From NCBI GenBank assembly GCA_900752435.1, contig CAADVD010000016.1, positions 70,367 to 134,366 on the forward strand: DNA of 64,000 nt, given 5' to 3'. This DNA comes from Oscillospiraceae bacterium (lineage in GTDB: Bacteria; Bacillota; Clostridia; Oscillospirales; Ruminococcaceae). The position numbers and the translations under genes are program-made. The notes below the pieces were generated by a model that was not told where the DNA came from, ran no database searches, and saw only the letters and a list, made by a program, of their open reading frames with translations. Positions 47,233 through 57,260 of this stretch are shown in pieces (the stretch's first letter is position 1; each line of letters starts with the position of its first letter).

Positions 47233-48396
47233 ATGCTCATTCTAAACGCCAACATCCTCTCCATGGAAAAACACAATTACCCAAACGGGTATTTGCACAT
47301 TCAAGACGGCCTCATCCAAGCGGTCGGCGACATGCAGAGTCTTACCATTGAAGATGCCGAAACACTGGATGTGCAGGGCGCAACCGTCATTCCCGGCTTG
47401 ATTGACGCACATTCTCATTTGGGCATGTGGGAGGACGGCTTGGGCTTCGAGGGAGATGACGGCAACGAGGAAACCGACCCGGTCACGCCGCAAATGCGCG
47501 CCATCGACGCGGTCAATCCGGCTGACCGGTGCTTTACGGAAGCGCTTCAAGCCGGTATCACCACCGTGCTGACGGGACCGGGCAGCGCCAACCCGATTTC
47601 CGGTGTGTGGTGTGCCATGAAAACCTATGGCCGCCGCATTGACGATATGCTTCTTCAAGCGCAGGCCGGTATGAAGTTCAGCCTCGGCGAAAATCCCAAA
47701 AGCGTTTACAACGGCAAAAATGAAACGCCCATGACGCGCATGGCGACCGCCGCCCTTATCCGCGAACAGCTTGAAAAAGCCAGACGTTACATGCAGGACG
47801 TCAAACGCGCCAAAAAAGAGCATGAAGATCCACCGGAATATGATATTAAGTGCGAAGCGCTGATTCCGGTTCTGAAGCGCAAAATGAAAGCGTTTTTCCA
47901 CGCTCACCGCGCGGACGATATCTTTACAGCCATTCGCATCGCAAAAGAATTTGAACTCGATTATGTCATTGTTCACGGTACGGAAGGCTACCAAATTGCC
48001 GATATTCTGGCGGCAGAACAGACGCGTGTCATCGCCGGTCCGATTCTCTGTGACCGCTCGAAGCCGGAACTGCGCAATCTGAACATTGAAAATCCGGCCA
48101 TCTTAGCCGCGCACGACGTCACCACCGCCATTTGCACCGACCATCCGGTGATTCCGATTCAATATCTGCCGCTGACCGGCGGCATTGCCGTCAGGGCTGG
48201 ATTGGATGCAGACAAAGCACTTGCCATGATGACCAGCGTTCCGGCAAAAATTTGTGGCATCGACAAGCGCGTCGGCTCCATCAAGCCGGGCAAAGACGCC
48301 GATTTGCTGATTTACCGCGGCGATTTGCTCAATGTTTATTTCAATCCCGACTATGTACTGATAAACGGCGAAATTGTCGTCAACAATAAGAAGTAG
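47233..48396 (+). CDS. metal-dependent amidohydrolase-family protein
   Basis: IDAHSH metal-binding motif and a TIM-barrel amidohydrolase layout. Confidence 0.8.
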   Translation: MLILNANILSMEKHNYPNGYLHIQDGLIQAVGDMQSLTIEDAETLDVQGATVIPGLIDAHSHLGMWEDGLGFEGDDGNEETDPVTPQMRAIDAVNPADRCFTEALQAGITTVLTGPGSANPISGVWCAMKTYGRRIDDMLLQAQAGMKFSLGENPKSVYNGKNETPMTRMATAALIREQLEKARRYMQDVKRAKKEHEDPPEYDIKCEALIPVLKRKMKAFFHAHRADDIFTAIRIAKEFELDYVIVHGTEGYQIADILAAEQTRVIAGPILCDRSKPELRNLNIENPAILAAHDVTTAICTDHPVIPIQYLPLTGGIAVRAGLDADKALAMMTSVPAKICGIDKRVGSIKPGKDADLLIYRGDLLNVYFNPDYVLINGEIVVNNKK

Positions 48397-48414
48397 GAAA
48401 AGAGTTGTGCTAGC

Positions 48415-49260
48415 ATGAAAGAAATTCATACCGACCTCATTACCAAAACGATACGCGACCTGTGCATTCAGGCCAATATGGTGCTTCCCTGTGATTTGAA
48501 CGCGCTCATTGACCACAGTAGAGAAACCGAGCAGTTTGATTTGGCAAAAAGCGTGCTGTCCGATATTTCCGACAACATCACCTGCGCCAAGGAAATCAAT
48601 GTTCCCATTTGTCAGGATACCGGCATGGCGGTGGTGTTCATGGAGCTTGGTCAGGACGTACATTTGGTCGGAAAAAGCTTGGATGAAGCCGTCAACGAGG
48701 GCGTTCGCCAGGGCTATCTGGAGGGCAAGCTGCGCTGTTCCATCGTTTCCGATCCGCTGCGCCGCGTCAATACCGGCGACAATACGCCTGCCGTACTGCA
48801 TCTGCACCTGGTGGACGGCGAACGCATTCACATCACCGTTGCACCCAAAGGCTTCGGCAGTGAAAACATGAGCGCCATGCGCATGTTCACCCCGTCCGCC
48901 ACACCGGACGACATTGTCCATTACGTTGTCCGTCAAATCGAAATTGCCGGTTCCAATCCCTGCCCGCCGATGGTGATTGGCGTGGGTATTGGCGGCGACT
49001 TTGAAAAGTGCGCGTATTTGGCGAAAAAGGCACTTTGCCGCGCGGTATCCGAGCACAATCCGGATCCGTTTTACGCCGATATGGAAGCGCGGATGCTCGA
49101 GGGCATTAACGCGCTCGGCATTGGTCCGCAGGGCTTCGGCGGTACGACCACCGCGTTGGCTGTCAACATCGAAACCTACCCCACCCACATTGCCGGACTG
49201 CCCGTTGCCATCAACGTCGGCTGTCACGTCACCCGTCATGCCAGCGCAGTCATCGAATAA
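48415..49260 (+). CDS. Fe-S hydro-lyase (class I fumarate hydratase / L(+)-tartrate dehydratase) alpha subunit
   Basis: CQDTGM...C...C cluster-binding motifs of FumA/TtdA N-terminal-domain type. No beta-subunit gene follows. Confidence 0.85.
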   Translation: MKEIHTDLITKTIRDLCIQANMVLPCDLNALIDHSRETEQFDLAKSVLSDISDNITCAKEINVPICQDTGMAVVFMELGQDVHLVGKSLDEAVNEGVRQGYLEGKLRCSIVSDPLRRVNTGDNTPAVLHLHLVDGERIHITVAPKGFGSENMSAMRMFTPSATPDDIVHYVVRQIEIAGSNPCPPMVIGVGIGGDFEKCAYLAKKALCRAVSEHNPDPFYADMEARMLEGINALGIGPQGFGGTTTALAVNIETYPTHIAGLPVAINVGCHVTRHASAVIE

Positions 49261-49269
49261 AGGAGTACC

Positions 49270-50385
49270 ATGAGCAATCTCACCTATCTTGCACCCTGCC
49301 ACTTTGGACTGGAAAGCATTCTGGCAGGCGAACTCAAACGCATGGGCGCGGAGGACGTCCGCGCCGACAACGGCAAAGTGGAATTTTCCGGAGATTTTCA
49401 CCTGCTTGCACGCGCCAACCTTGGTTTGCGCACGGCGGAACGTGTGCTCATCAAGTTGGGCGCTTTTCCGGCACACAGCTTTGAGGATTTGTTTCAAGGC
49501 GTCAAGGCCATTCCGTGGGAGGATTTCATCGGCAAGAAGGACGCCTTTCCAGTCAAGGGATGGAGTCTGAACTCTCAGCTTCGCAGTGTGCCGGACTGTC
49601 AGTCCATTGTTAAAAAGGCTGTGGTGGAACGCTTGAAAGCGCATTATGGACAGTCTTGGTTTGTCGAAACCGGTTCACTGCACCAAATTCAGTTTTCTAT
49701 CCTTAAAGATGAAGTGACCGTCATGCTGGACACCTCCGGCGCAGGCTTGCACAAGCGCGGCTACCGTCAAAAATCCAACGAAGCGCCCATCAAGGAAACG
49801 CTGGCCGCCGGTATTGTGGATTTGGCGCGCGTGAAGGACTTCTCTACTGTCTGCGACCCGTTTTGCGGCTCCGGGACGGTTTTTATTGAAGGCGCTACCC
49901 AAGCGCTGAACATTCCGCCGTGCATCCGCCGCAAATTCATTGCGCAGGACTGGGGCTTATTCGAGGAATCCGTCTGGAAGGAAGAACGCGCCCGTGGGCT
50001 GGACGGCATCAAACGGGATGCCGAATTTGCCGGTTATGGAAGCGACCTTGATCCGCACGCGGTGGAGCTGACCAAAGCCAATGCCAAAAAGGCTGGTGTA
50101 CTTGGGCGGCTTTCCGTTACCACTGCCGATATCAAGAATTTCCGCGCCAAAGAAAAGCTCATCACCTTTGCCAATCCGCCTTACGGCGAACGTATGCTGG
50201 AAAAGAAAGATGCGGAGCGCATTTATCAGATTATGGGCAAGGTGTTTCGGCGGATGGAACAGAACAGCTATTGGATTATTTCACCGCATGAGGAGTTTGA
50301 ACAGATTTTCGGACGGCGTGCGGATAAAAAGCGAAAAGTCTATAACGGAATGATGAAATGCAATGTGTTTCAGTATTTCCGGTAA
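49270..50385 (+). CDS. THUMP-domain class I SAM-dependent RNA methyltransferase (RlmL/YpsC-like)
   Basis: THUMP domain plus DPFCGSGT SAM motif and NPPYG catalytic motif. Confidence 0.85.
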   Translation: MSNLTYLAPCHFGLESILAGELKRMGAEDVRADNGKVEFSGDFHLLARANLGLRTAERVLIKLGAFPAHSFEDLFQGVKAIPWEDFIGKKDAFPVKGWSLNSQLRSVPDCQSIVKKAVVERLKAHYGQSWFVETGSLHQIQFSILKDEVTVMLDTSGAGLHKRGYRQKSNEAPIKETLAAGIVDLARVKDFSTVCDPFCGSGTVFIEGATQALNIPPCIRRKFIAQDWGLFEESVWKEERARGLDGIKRDAEFAGYGSDLDPHAVELTKANAKKAGVLGRLSVTTADIKNFRAKEKLITFANPPYGERMLEKKDAERIYQIMGKVFRRMEQNSYWIISPHEEFEQIFGRRADKKRKVYNGMMKCNVFQYFR

Positions 50386-50388
50386 CTT

Positions 50389-50423
50389 AAAAAAGTCATG
50401 CTTTTATTGAGCATGACTTTTTT
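50389..50423. terminator. bidirectional rho-independent terminator between convergent genes
   Basis: AAAAAGTCATGC-loop-GCATGACTTTTTT. Confidence 0.6.
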
Positions 50424-50429
50424 GTGTCG

Positions 50430-51200
50430 TTATTCTTCCATTCCAATCAGATAATCGAGCGCCATCTTCACTGCCGGCTGCCAAAAGCTCCAGTCATGTA
50501 CGCCGCTCCATTCGCGGTATTCATAGTCCAAATCCAACGTTTGCATGTAATCGCGAAAACGCACGTTCATATCGTACAGTACATCCTCCGTGCCGCACAG
50601 GTGCAGGATTTTCGGCTGTACCGGCTGACCCTCCAACTGCTTGGCAATCCGAAACAAGTCCTCCTGTTCCAGATTTTCATAGTTCAGGCCGAATACAGCC
50701 TGAAATTCCGCATCGTCCACAAGGGGATTGCCGCCCACGTTGTCCTTGATGTCACAAACCGCTGAAAACGCCGCCACACCGCAGTAGGTCTCCGGATGGC
50801 GCATCGCGCATTTGAGCGCACCATAACCGCCCATTGACATGCCGATGATGTAGGTGTCCTCCCGTTTGGCGGAAATGTTGAACAAACTGGCGCAGAGCTT
50901 CGGAAGCTCCTCCGAAATATAGGTGAAGTATTTAAGCCCATACTTCATATCCGTGTAAAAGCTGCGCTGAACTTCTGCGGTGATAAACACCACATTGTAT
51001 TTCGTCGCGTTAATTTGCGCCTCCGTATTGATAAGCCAGTCGGCGCTGTTGGCGGACAGCCCATGCAGCAGGTATACCACCTTATAGGGCTTTCCATTGT
51101 ATTCGCGTCCGAAAGGAATGGCTTTTTTGGGTGCAATCACCGCAATGTTGGTGTCCATACGCAGTGTTTCCGAATAAATGGTTCCAGTAAAATACGCCAT
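50430..51200 (-). CDS. esterase-family protein (esterase D / S-formylglutathione hydrolase-like alpha/beta hydrolase)
   Basis: GMSMGG nucleophile elbow plus a His/Asp triad. Start at MAYFTG after AAGGAGAG. Confidence 0.8.
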   Translation of the reverse strand: MAYFTGTIYSETLRMDTNIAVIAPKKAIPFGREYNGKPYKVVYLLHGLSANSADWLINTEAQINATKYNVVFITAEVQRSFYTDMKYGLKYFTYISEELPKLCASLFNISAKREDTYIIGMSMGGYGALKCAMRHPETYCGVAAFSAVCDIKDNVGGNPLVDDAEFQAVFGLNYENLEQEDLFRIAKQLEGQPVQPKILHLCGTEDVLYDMNVRFRDYMQTLDLDYEYREWSGVHDWSFWQPAVKMALDYLIGMEE

Positions 51201-51315
51201 GATCTCTCTCCTTTTTATTGAACAGCAAAGCGGGCAAGGATTGCTCCCCACCCGCTTATGAATCGTGGATTCCCTTCGCCTGCCGCCCCTCTATCGTGTT
51301 CGGCGTGCGATTGCT

Positions 51316-52593
51316 TTATTCATACAGTGGGTATTTGTCGCCCAATGCAATAATTTTTGCGCGAATTTCGTCCGCTTTGTTCTCAAAATCAGATGCCGCC
51401 AAATAAATGCACTCCGCAATCACTGCCATGTCTTCCGGCTGCATGCCGCGGCTGGTCACTGCCGGCGTACCGATGCGGATACCGCTGGTTACAAACGGTT
51501 TTTCCGGATCGTTCGGAATCGCATTTTTGTTGACTGTGATGTACACTTCGTCCAAACGTCTTTCCAATTCTTTGCCGGTGATGTGGAAGTTGCGTGTATC
51601 CACCAGCATCAAGTGGTTATCCGTACCGCCGGAAACGAGGTCAAAGCCGTAATCCATCAAGCCCTTTGCCAGTGCCGCCGCGTTGTCAATGACCGTCTGT
51701 GCGTACACCTTAAAGGATGGTTTCAGCGCTTCGCCAAGGCAAACGGCTTTCGCCGCAATGATGTGCATCAGCGGGCCGCCCTGTGTGCCTGGGAAAATGG
51801 CTTTGTCAATGGCTTTGGCGTATTCCTCTTTGCAGAGAATCAAACCGCCTCTTGGGCCGCGAAGCGTCTTGTGCGTGGTCGTGGTCACCACATCGGCATA
51901 CGGAACCGGACTCTGGTGCAGACCAGCGGCCACCAAGCCAGCGATGTGCGCCATGTCCACCATTAAATAAGCGCCGACTTCCTTCGCGATTTTGCCCAGC
52001 TCTTCAAAATTGATGGCACGCGGATACGCGGAGGCACCTGCCACAATCATTTTCGGTTTGACTTCATTCGCCAATGCACGGACTTTATCATAATCAATGA
52101 CCTGCGTATCGTCTTCCACACCGTAGGAGACAAAGTTGAAGTATTTACCGGACATGTTGACCGGAGAACCGTGGGTCAGATGGCCGCCGTGTGCCAAGCT
52201 CATGCCCAACACGGTATCGCCCGGCTGTAACAGCGCAAAGTAAACCGCCATGTTGGCCTGTGCTCCGGAATGCGGCTGCACGTTGGCGTGTTCCGCGCCG
52301 AACAATTTTTTTGCACGGTCAATGGCAATCTGCTCCACCACGTCCACGCACTGACAGCCACCGTAATAACGTTTGCCCGGATAGCCCTCCGCATATTTGT
52401 TGGTGAGCACGCTGCCCATCGCCGCCATTACGGCCGGTGAAACGATGTTTTCGCTCGCGATTAACTCGATATTTCTTCTCTGTCTGGTCAGCTCCGCCTG
52501 CATGGCTTCGCCGACTTCTTGATCATAGCCTTCTACAAAGCCGATGGTATCCATCAAATCTTGAAACATGTTTGTGTACTCCTTTTCTATCAT
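51316..52593 (-). CDS. glyA: serine hydroxymethyltransferase
   Basis: PLP-lysine region [13 protein letters not shown] and full-length SHMT similarity. Confidence 0.95.
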   Translation of the reverse strand: MIEKEYTNMFQDLMDTIGFVEGYDQEVGEAMQAELTRQRRNIELIASENIVSPAVMAAMGSVLTNKYAEGYPGKRYYGGCQCVDVVEQIAIDRAKKLFGAEHANVQPHSGAQANMAVYFALLQPGDTVLGMSLAHGGHLTHGSPVNMSGKYFNFVSYGVEDDTQVIDYDKVRALANEVKPKMIVAGASAYPRAINFEELGKIAKEVGAYLMVDMAHIAGLVAAGLHQSPVPYADVVTTTTHKTLRGPRGGLILCKEEYAKAIDKAIFPGTQGGPLMHIIAAKAVCLGEALKPSFKVYAQTVIDNAAALAKGLMDYGFDLVSGGTDNHLMLVDTRNFHITGKELERRLDEVYITVNKNAIPNDPEKPFVTSGIRIGTPAVTSRGMQPEDMAVIAECIYLAASDFENKADEIRAKIIALGDKYPLYE

Positions 52594-52706
52594 GTGGAAA
52601 ATTTTATTTTCCTTGTAACGATAATTTTATTATACACAGTTTTCCAGACGAATTCAAGAAAAAGTCGAAAAGCCATGTGGTTTTTAAACAAATTTTTCAA
52701 TTTAAA

Positions 52707-52735
52707 TTGCTTTCTCTCCCAAACAATGCTACAAT
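52707..52735 (+). promoter_or_regulatory. candidate promoter (TTGCTT, 17 nt, TACAAT) for the GT2 gene
   Basis: Seen directly. Confidence 0.35.
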
Positions 52736-52773
52736 AAAAACAATTCAAAGCACAATTCTATTTCACACCGACC

Positions 52774-52801
52774 ATTTGCAATTTGCAATTTACAATTTGC
52801 A
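52774..52801. repeat. heptanucleotide tandem repeat (ATTTGCA x4, one ATTTACA variant) in the 5' leader of the GT2 gene
   Basis: Seen directly. Ends 18 nt before the start codon. Confidence 0.7.
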
Positions 52802-52819
52802 ATTTTCCGAGGTATCGCC

Positions 52820-53770
52820 ATGAAACACAACGACATTCTCTACCTAGTCATCCCCTGCTACAACGAAGAAGCCGTCCTTCACGAAACCGCCAAGCGTTTA
52901 AAAGAAAAGCTCAACACCATGATGGACAACGCGCTCATCTCCCCTGACAGCCGCATTGTCTTTGTCAACGACGGCTCCAAAGACCGCACATGGGACATTA
53001 TCCAAGAACTGCATGAGCAGAATCCCTTGTTCTGCGGCATCAAGCTTTCGCGCAATAAAGGACATCAGAATGCCCTGCTCGCCGGATTGATGACCGTCAA
53101 GGCGCACTGTGATATGGCCATTTCGCTGGACGCCGATTTGCAGGATGATGTGGATGCCATTGACCGGTTTGTGGAAAAATATTATGAGGGATGTGACGTT
53201 GTTTACGGCGTGCGCAGTGCGCGCGACACCGACACCTTCTTTAAAAAAACGACTGCTGAGGGCTTTTACAAGGTCATGAAAATGCTGGGCGTGGACATTG
53301 TGTACAACCATGCCGATTACCGTCTGATGAGCAAGCGTGCGCTGGATGAGCTGGAAAACTTCAAGGAGGTCAACCTCTTCCTGCGCGGCATTGTTCCGCT
53401 CATCGGCTTTCGGTCGGATACGGTGCTGTATGAACGCCACGAACGCTTTGCAGGCGAGAGCAAATACCCGCTCAAAAAGATGCTGGCCTTTGCGTTTGAC
53501 GGCATTACGTCGTTCAGCGTAAAGCCCATTCGCCTGATTACCACCTTGGGTGTGATTATCTTTTCCATCAGTTTGCTGATGCTGTTGTACTTTCTCATCC
53601 TTTATTTTATGGGAAAAACCGTTGCCGGATGGGCCACTATCGTCATTTCCATCTGGGCAATTGGCGGGTTGCAGCTGCTGTCCATCGGCGTGATTGGCGA
53701 ATACATCGGGAAAATCTATTTGGAAACCAAAGCACGGCCAAAATTTATTGTGGAAACCTTTTTACATTGA
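52820..53770 (+). CDS. family-2 glycosyltransferase, polyisoprenyl-phosphate hexosyltransferase (GtrB/CsbB-like)
   Basis: GT-A DxD region (NDGSKD...D...DAD) plus two C-terminal transmembrane helices. Confidence 0.85.
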   Translation: MKHNDILYLVIPCYNEEAVLHETAKRLKEKLNTMMDNALISPDSRIVFVNDGSKDRTWDIIQELHEQNPLFCGIKLSRNKGHQNALLAGLMTVKAHCDMAISLDADLQDDVDAIDRFVEKYYEGCDVVYGVRSARDTDTFFKKTTAEGFYKVMKMLGVDIVYNHADYRLMSKRALDELENFKEVNLFLRGIVPLIGFRSDTVLYERHERFAGESKYPLKKMLAFAFDGITSFSVKPIRLITTLGVIIFSISLLMLLYFLILYFMGKTVAGWATIVISIWAIGGLQLLSIGVIGEYIGKIYLETKARPKFIVETFLH

Positions 53771-53824
53771 GCATGAAAATTACCCCTGCTGTTACACTTT
53801 TTTGTGCAACACCAGGGGCAGTTT

Positions 53825-54355
53825 TTATGCTTTCTTCAATTGCTGAACAAACTCTACAATCGGTTCAATCAACGCTTGATCTGAAATATCATACGAATGG
53901 CTGATCATGTTCAGCATTTGCTCTTCCTGCGGCGTCCGATTGGGCTTTTTCTCCAAAGAAGTGCACAGCATTTTCATCATTGTTTTGGAGACAAATCCCA
54001 TCTTTTCATAATTCAGTCCGCCCTGCAAATAGAAGCTCTTCACTGCACTTTCCGGCGGAACATTCTTTTCCATAGCTGTGTTTACATCCGGACTGGCCAT
54101 CGGCGATGCGCCCACTGCAAACACTGCGTAGTGCTTCTGCGGATGCTTCTTCTGCATCTCCCAAAGCCAGTTGAGCTTTAAAATGCGCCCTGCATGACAC
54201 CAGCTTCCAAAAATAAGTACGTCATACGCATTGACGTCCACTCGTCCGCGCTCCTCATAGCGGACACAGTCGCAGTTGAGTGCCTGCGCTAACCACTCTG
54301 CATACCGCTTGGTAAAACCCGTCTTTGAATAATACACAATTAATGTCTTCATCAA
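53825..54355 (-). CDS. flavodoxin-domain protein (cytoplasmic)
   Basis: MKTLIVYYSKTGFTKRYAEW flavodoxin phosphate-binding-loop-like N-terminus. Confidence 0.7.
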   Translation of the reverse strand: MMKTLIVYYSKTGFTKRYAEWLAQALNCDCVRYEERGRVDVNAYDVLIFGSWCHAGRILKLNWLWEMQKKHPQKHYAVFAVGASPMASPDVNTAMEKNVPPESAVKSFYLQGGLNYEKMGFVSKTMMKMLCTSLEKKPNRTPQEEQMLNMISHSYDISDQALIEPIVEFVQQLKKA

Positions 54356-54391
54356 AATAATCCACCTTTCCTCGGAACAGCTAACATGCTG

Positions 54392-54862
54392 TTATTCCTG
54401 CCTATTTTCCATGTTTTTTTCCAGTGTCATCAGTACGCGCAAGGTGCTTTTCAGCTCATCCGGCTGAGTTCCTGCAAACAACTGCTTGATAAATTCCGTC
54501 TCTTTTTCGTGATACGCAGATGCCAATTCTGCGCATTTGTCTGTTTTTGCTACCCGGCTTTTTCGGCGGTCACGTGCGTCTGTATACAGTTGTACATAAC
54601 CTTTCTGCTGCAGCTTCAATACAAGCTGTTTGACGTTTTGATGTGAACTGCCGACTGCATCGGACAGTTCATTCAGCGTGGGGTGCTCCTCCCCAAACAG
54701 CTCCAATGTCACGAGCACAAACCACTGTTTCGCGGTAATTTCTTGGTAAAACCGATCGCCGATTACCTGCAGTCGATTGCTGACGGCAAAAATCATTCCG
54801 AACAGCAAATAGGAATCTGGATACGGCGGAAGTGTTGGCAACATAGAAAAACATCCTTTCAT
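54392..54862 (-). CDS. MarR-family transcriptional regulator
   Basis: Winged-helix MarR core (LNELSDAVGSSHQNVKQLVLKLQQKGYV). Confidence 0.8.
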   Translation of the reverse strand: MKGCFSMLPTLPPYPDSYLLFGMIFAVSNRLQVIGDRFYQEITAKQWFVLVTLELFGEEHPTLNELSDAVGSSHQNVKQLVLKLQQKGYVQLYTDARDRRKSRVAKTDKCAELASAYHEKETEFIKQLFAGTQPDELKSTLRVLMTLEKNMENRQE

Positions 54863-55743
54863 TATTGTTTCTTTCCACAGACATAAGAAATGCGATCAAC
54901 GTTCCCATCAAAATAAATGAAATCGCCCTCTTCATAATTCCATACTGCCTGAAATACCGTCGGATGAAGAATTCCATCCGAATTTTCTCGATATTCACCG
55001 CAAACCGCTGACCACGGCACTTGTTCCACTGTGCCGTCCGATGCAATATTCCTGCGGTCCTCCGTGGTGAACAGCACCATCTCCCAATTGTCATTGAACG
55101 TAAACACGCCGCTGGCGGTCAAATCTTTATAAGAAATGGTCGCCTGAATGTGATATTCATCCAGTTCCTCTAAGGTTATATAATCCTGCAATAAGGAAGT
55201 CGGTGCAAACAAGCACTCGGCTAAAAAAGTCGCCAAACAGGCTCTATCCATCTCCTCACCGGTTTGATGAAACAGACAGATCAGTTTTCCGATAACCCCT
55301 TTCATTCCGCCTTTCCCATTTAAAAAATAGTCATACCCTTCAAACGGAATACCATACAATCCACTGTCTATCAGTGCCAAACGGCTTGGCTGTGCAATAA
55401 AATTATACTGCGTATAATCAATGGTCAGCGCTGGGCCATTCTTGCTCTGCATAAAATCCACGTCGTGATACTCCATCTTCATGTACGTCATTTTTGGCGT
55501 TCCGATATAACCGCAATGTTCCAAATAGCGTTGAATCGCCATTGGAAAGTTCGCAAACTCTTCTTTCTGAAACACTCCATTTACATCCAAATCGTTGCTT
55601 GTTTCCGCTAAACTTTTCACATCTCGATGAAATTCCCGTTTCAGCGGCGAATCATTGACATTGAAGAAAATAATAACCGCTCCAACCAGCAGCAAAACAG
55701 CTCCAATCCACAGCATTCTTTTCCTCGCTTTCTTCATTGGCAT
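54862..55743 (-). CDS. hypothetical N-terminally membrane-anchored protein
   Basis: N-terminal transmembrane helix, then a ~260-aa domain of unknown function. Stop overlaps the MarR start. Confidence 0.55.
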   Translation of the reverse strand: MPMKKARKRMLWIGAVLLLVGAVIIFFNVNDSPLKREFHRDVKSLAETSNDLDVNGVFQKEEFANFPMAIQRYLEHCGYIGTPKMTYMKMEYHDVDFMQSKNGPALTIDYTQYNFIAQPSRLALIDSGLYGIPFEGYDYFLNGKGGMKGVIGKLICLFHQTGEEMDRACLATFLAECLFAPTSLLQDYITLEELDEYHIQATISYKDLTASGVFTFNDNWEMVLFTTEDRRNIASDGTVEQVPWSAVCGEYRENSDGILHPTVFQAVWNYEEGDFIYFDGNVDRISYVCGKKQ

Positions 55744-55950
55744 TCTCTCCTCTGAATAAATGTAACTTATTACCTTTTATATTATGTAGTATATTACATT
55801 TTAATTCATCTGTCAAGTACAAGCACATGCTGCATCATGTTGAATTTTTGGTGAACTTAAATTAAACTATCTAATTTTTGTAATATATAACAAAATACCA
55901 GTTTGTATATACGATATGTTTTGCCCTATACCACGCAAATAACCTTTTGA

Positions 55951-55989
55951 GGGTAAAAAGAAATCCCGACCTTGAACAACGATCGGGAT
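55951..55989 (-). terminator. rho-independent terminator downstream of apbE
   Basis: ATCCCGA...TCGGGAT hairpin followed by TTCTTTTTACC on the minus strand. Confidence 0.5.
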
Positions 55990-56032
55990 ACCTCTCAAAC
56001 GGCGCAAGCCAATATCAATATTTTCTGTTTAC

Positions 56033-57070
56033 TCATCTCGTTATCACATAAATCTCCATATCGGAAAAATCCTTATTCAGAATGAAATCATCTTTAATTC
56101 CTTCTGTCAGATAAATTTCTTTTTCATCCGTTATCAGCAACATTTCAAAATTGCCGTTTTCCTGCCAGTATTCTGTTGCTCCATTAAGCCCCATTACATA
56201 AATAGCCGTAGACAGGGCATCGCACAACTTGCCTTCTTTTGCCATGATGGAAACAGAGGCTAAACCGCTTTCTGCCGGATAGCCGGTGGAAGGGTCAATA
56301 ATATGCCCGTATTGCTTTCCATCCTCACCTACAAAATATCTCTCATAATTCCCGGACGTCACCACAGCACTGTCCTCGCTCTCCAAAATACCCAAGCTGC
56401 CTTCTCCAAACGGGTTCTGTATGCCAAGCCGCCACCTGCTGCCATCTGGTTTTCTGCCGACCATCTGAATATTTCCGCCTATATCCAACAGAGCCGAAGT
56501 AACTCCCTGCTCTTTCAGTAATTCTGCTATGATGTCGCCTGTATATCCTTTTCCCACCGCGCCGAGATCCAACTGCATTCCATCTGGCAGGGTTACAAAG
56601 TTTTCTTCTAAAAGCACTTTTTCATAGTCTACGTTTTTCAATAGGCCTGTCAGTTCATCCGCAGCAGGTATTTGATATTCTCCGCTGATAAAGCCCCATG
56701 CAGTCACAACTGGGAAAATGGTCGGATCAAGTGCTCCATTTGTCCGATGCGCCATATCCAGTGCAAATTGTAAAATTTCTGCTGTTTCTTCGTGAATCTC
56801 GGTTGGTATACCGCCGTTTTGGTTCACTGTATAAATATCGCTGTTTTCATCCGTAACCGACCATAGGGATTCCAGTTCTTTAATTCTATCCTCGGAAAGC
56901 GTAAGCGCTTCCTCTGCTGACTCTCCATAGGCAGTCAGTGTCATATAGGTACCCATTGCAAACACTCCGACTGTGTGTTCTTCCTCTGGTTTGCTCTGTA
57001 CGCTGCACCCGGAAAGCAACAGCGCAAATAAGAGCAGAAGGGAAATGAATTTATTGCTTTTTCTCCACAA
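56033..57070 (-). CDS. apbE: FAD:protein FMN transferase ApbE, lipoprotein
   Basis: ApbE-family sequence throughout. Start at an in-frame TTG 7 nt after GGAAGGAGG, giving the lipobox LLSGCS. The ORF-track ATG extension has no signal peptide. Confidence 0.85.
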   Translation of the reverse strand: MWRKSNKFISLLLLFALLLSGCSVQSKPEEEHTVGVFAMGTYMTLTAYGESAEEALTLSEDRIKELESLWSVTDENSDIYTVNQNGGIPTEIHEETAEILQFALDMAHRTNGALDPTIFPVVTAWGFISGEYQIPAADELTGLLKNVDYEKVLLEENFVTLPDGMQLDLGAVGKGYTGDIIAELLKEQGVTSALLDIGGNIQMVGRKPDGSRWRLGIQNPFGEGSLGILESEDSAVVTSGNYERYFVGEDGKQYGHIIDPSTGYPAESGLASVSIMAKEGKLCDALSTAIYVMGLNGATEYWQENGNFEMLLITDEKEIYLTEGIKDDFILNKDFSDMEIYVITR

Positions 57071-57245
57071 GTTTTTTCCTCCTTCCGGCCAGCTTTTGAA
57101 TCCCCTTGGAAGTATAATGTGCCAGAAAAACCAACAGGCCCATGATGGCAATATACTCCGTAAAAAAGAGCAGGACAGGCCTTTCAAAATCAAAGAAAAC
57201 AAAGGAGGATGTCAAAAACATATAGGACAAAAATTGATTTTTCAC
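57051..57245 (-). CDS. possible 64-aa two-helix membrane peptide overlapping the apbE start
   Basis: ORF-track entry; hydrophobic. No clear SD. Speculative. Confidence 0.2.
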   Translation of the reverse strand: MKNQFLSYMFLTSSFVFFDFERPVLLFFTEYIAIMGLLVFLAHYTSKGIQKLAGRRKKLVEKKQ

Positions 57246-57260
57246 GAAAGCATAAAGGCC

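Noticed and set aside
48103-49644. 513-aa minus-strand ORF
   Set aside because: Antisense to the amidohydrolase and fumarate-hydratase alpha genes, which have clear motifs. Shadow ORF.
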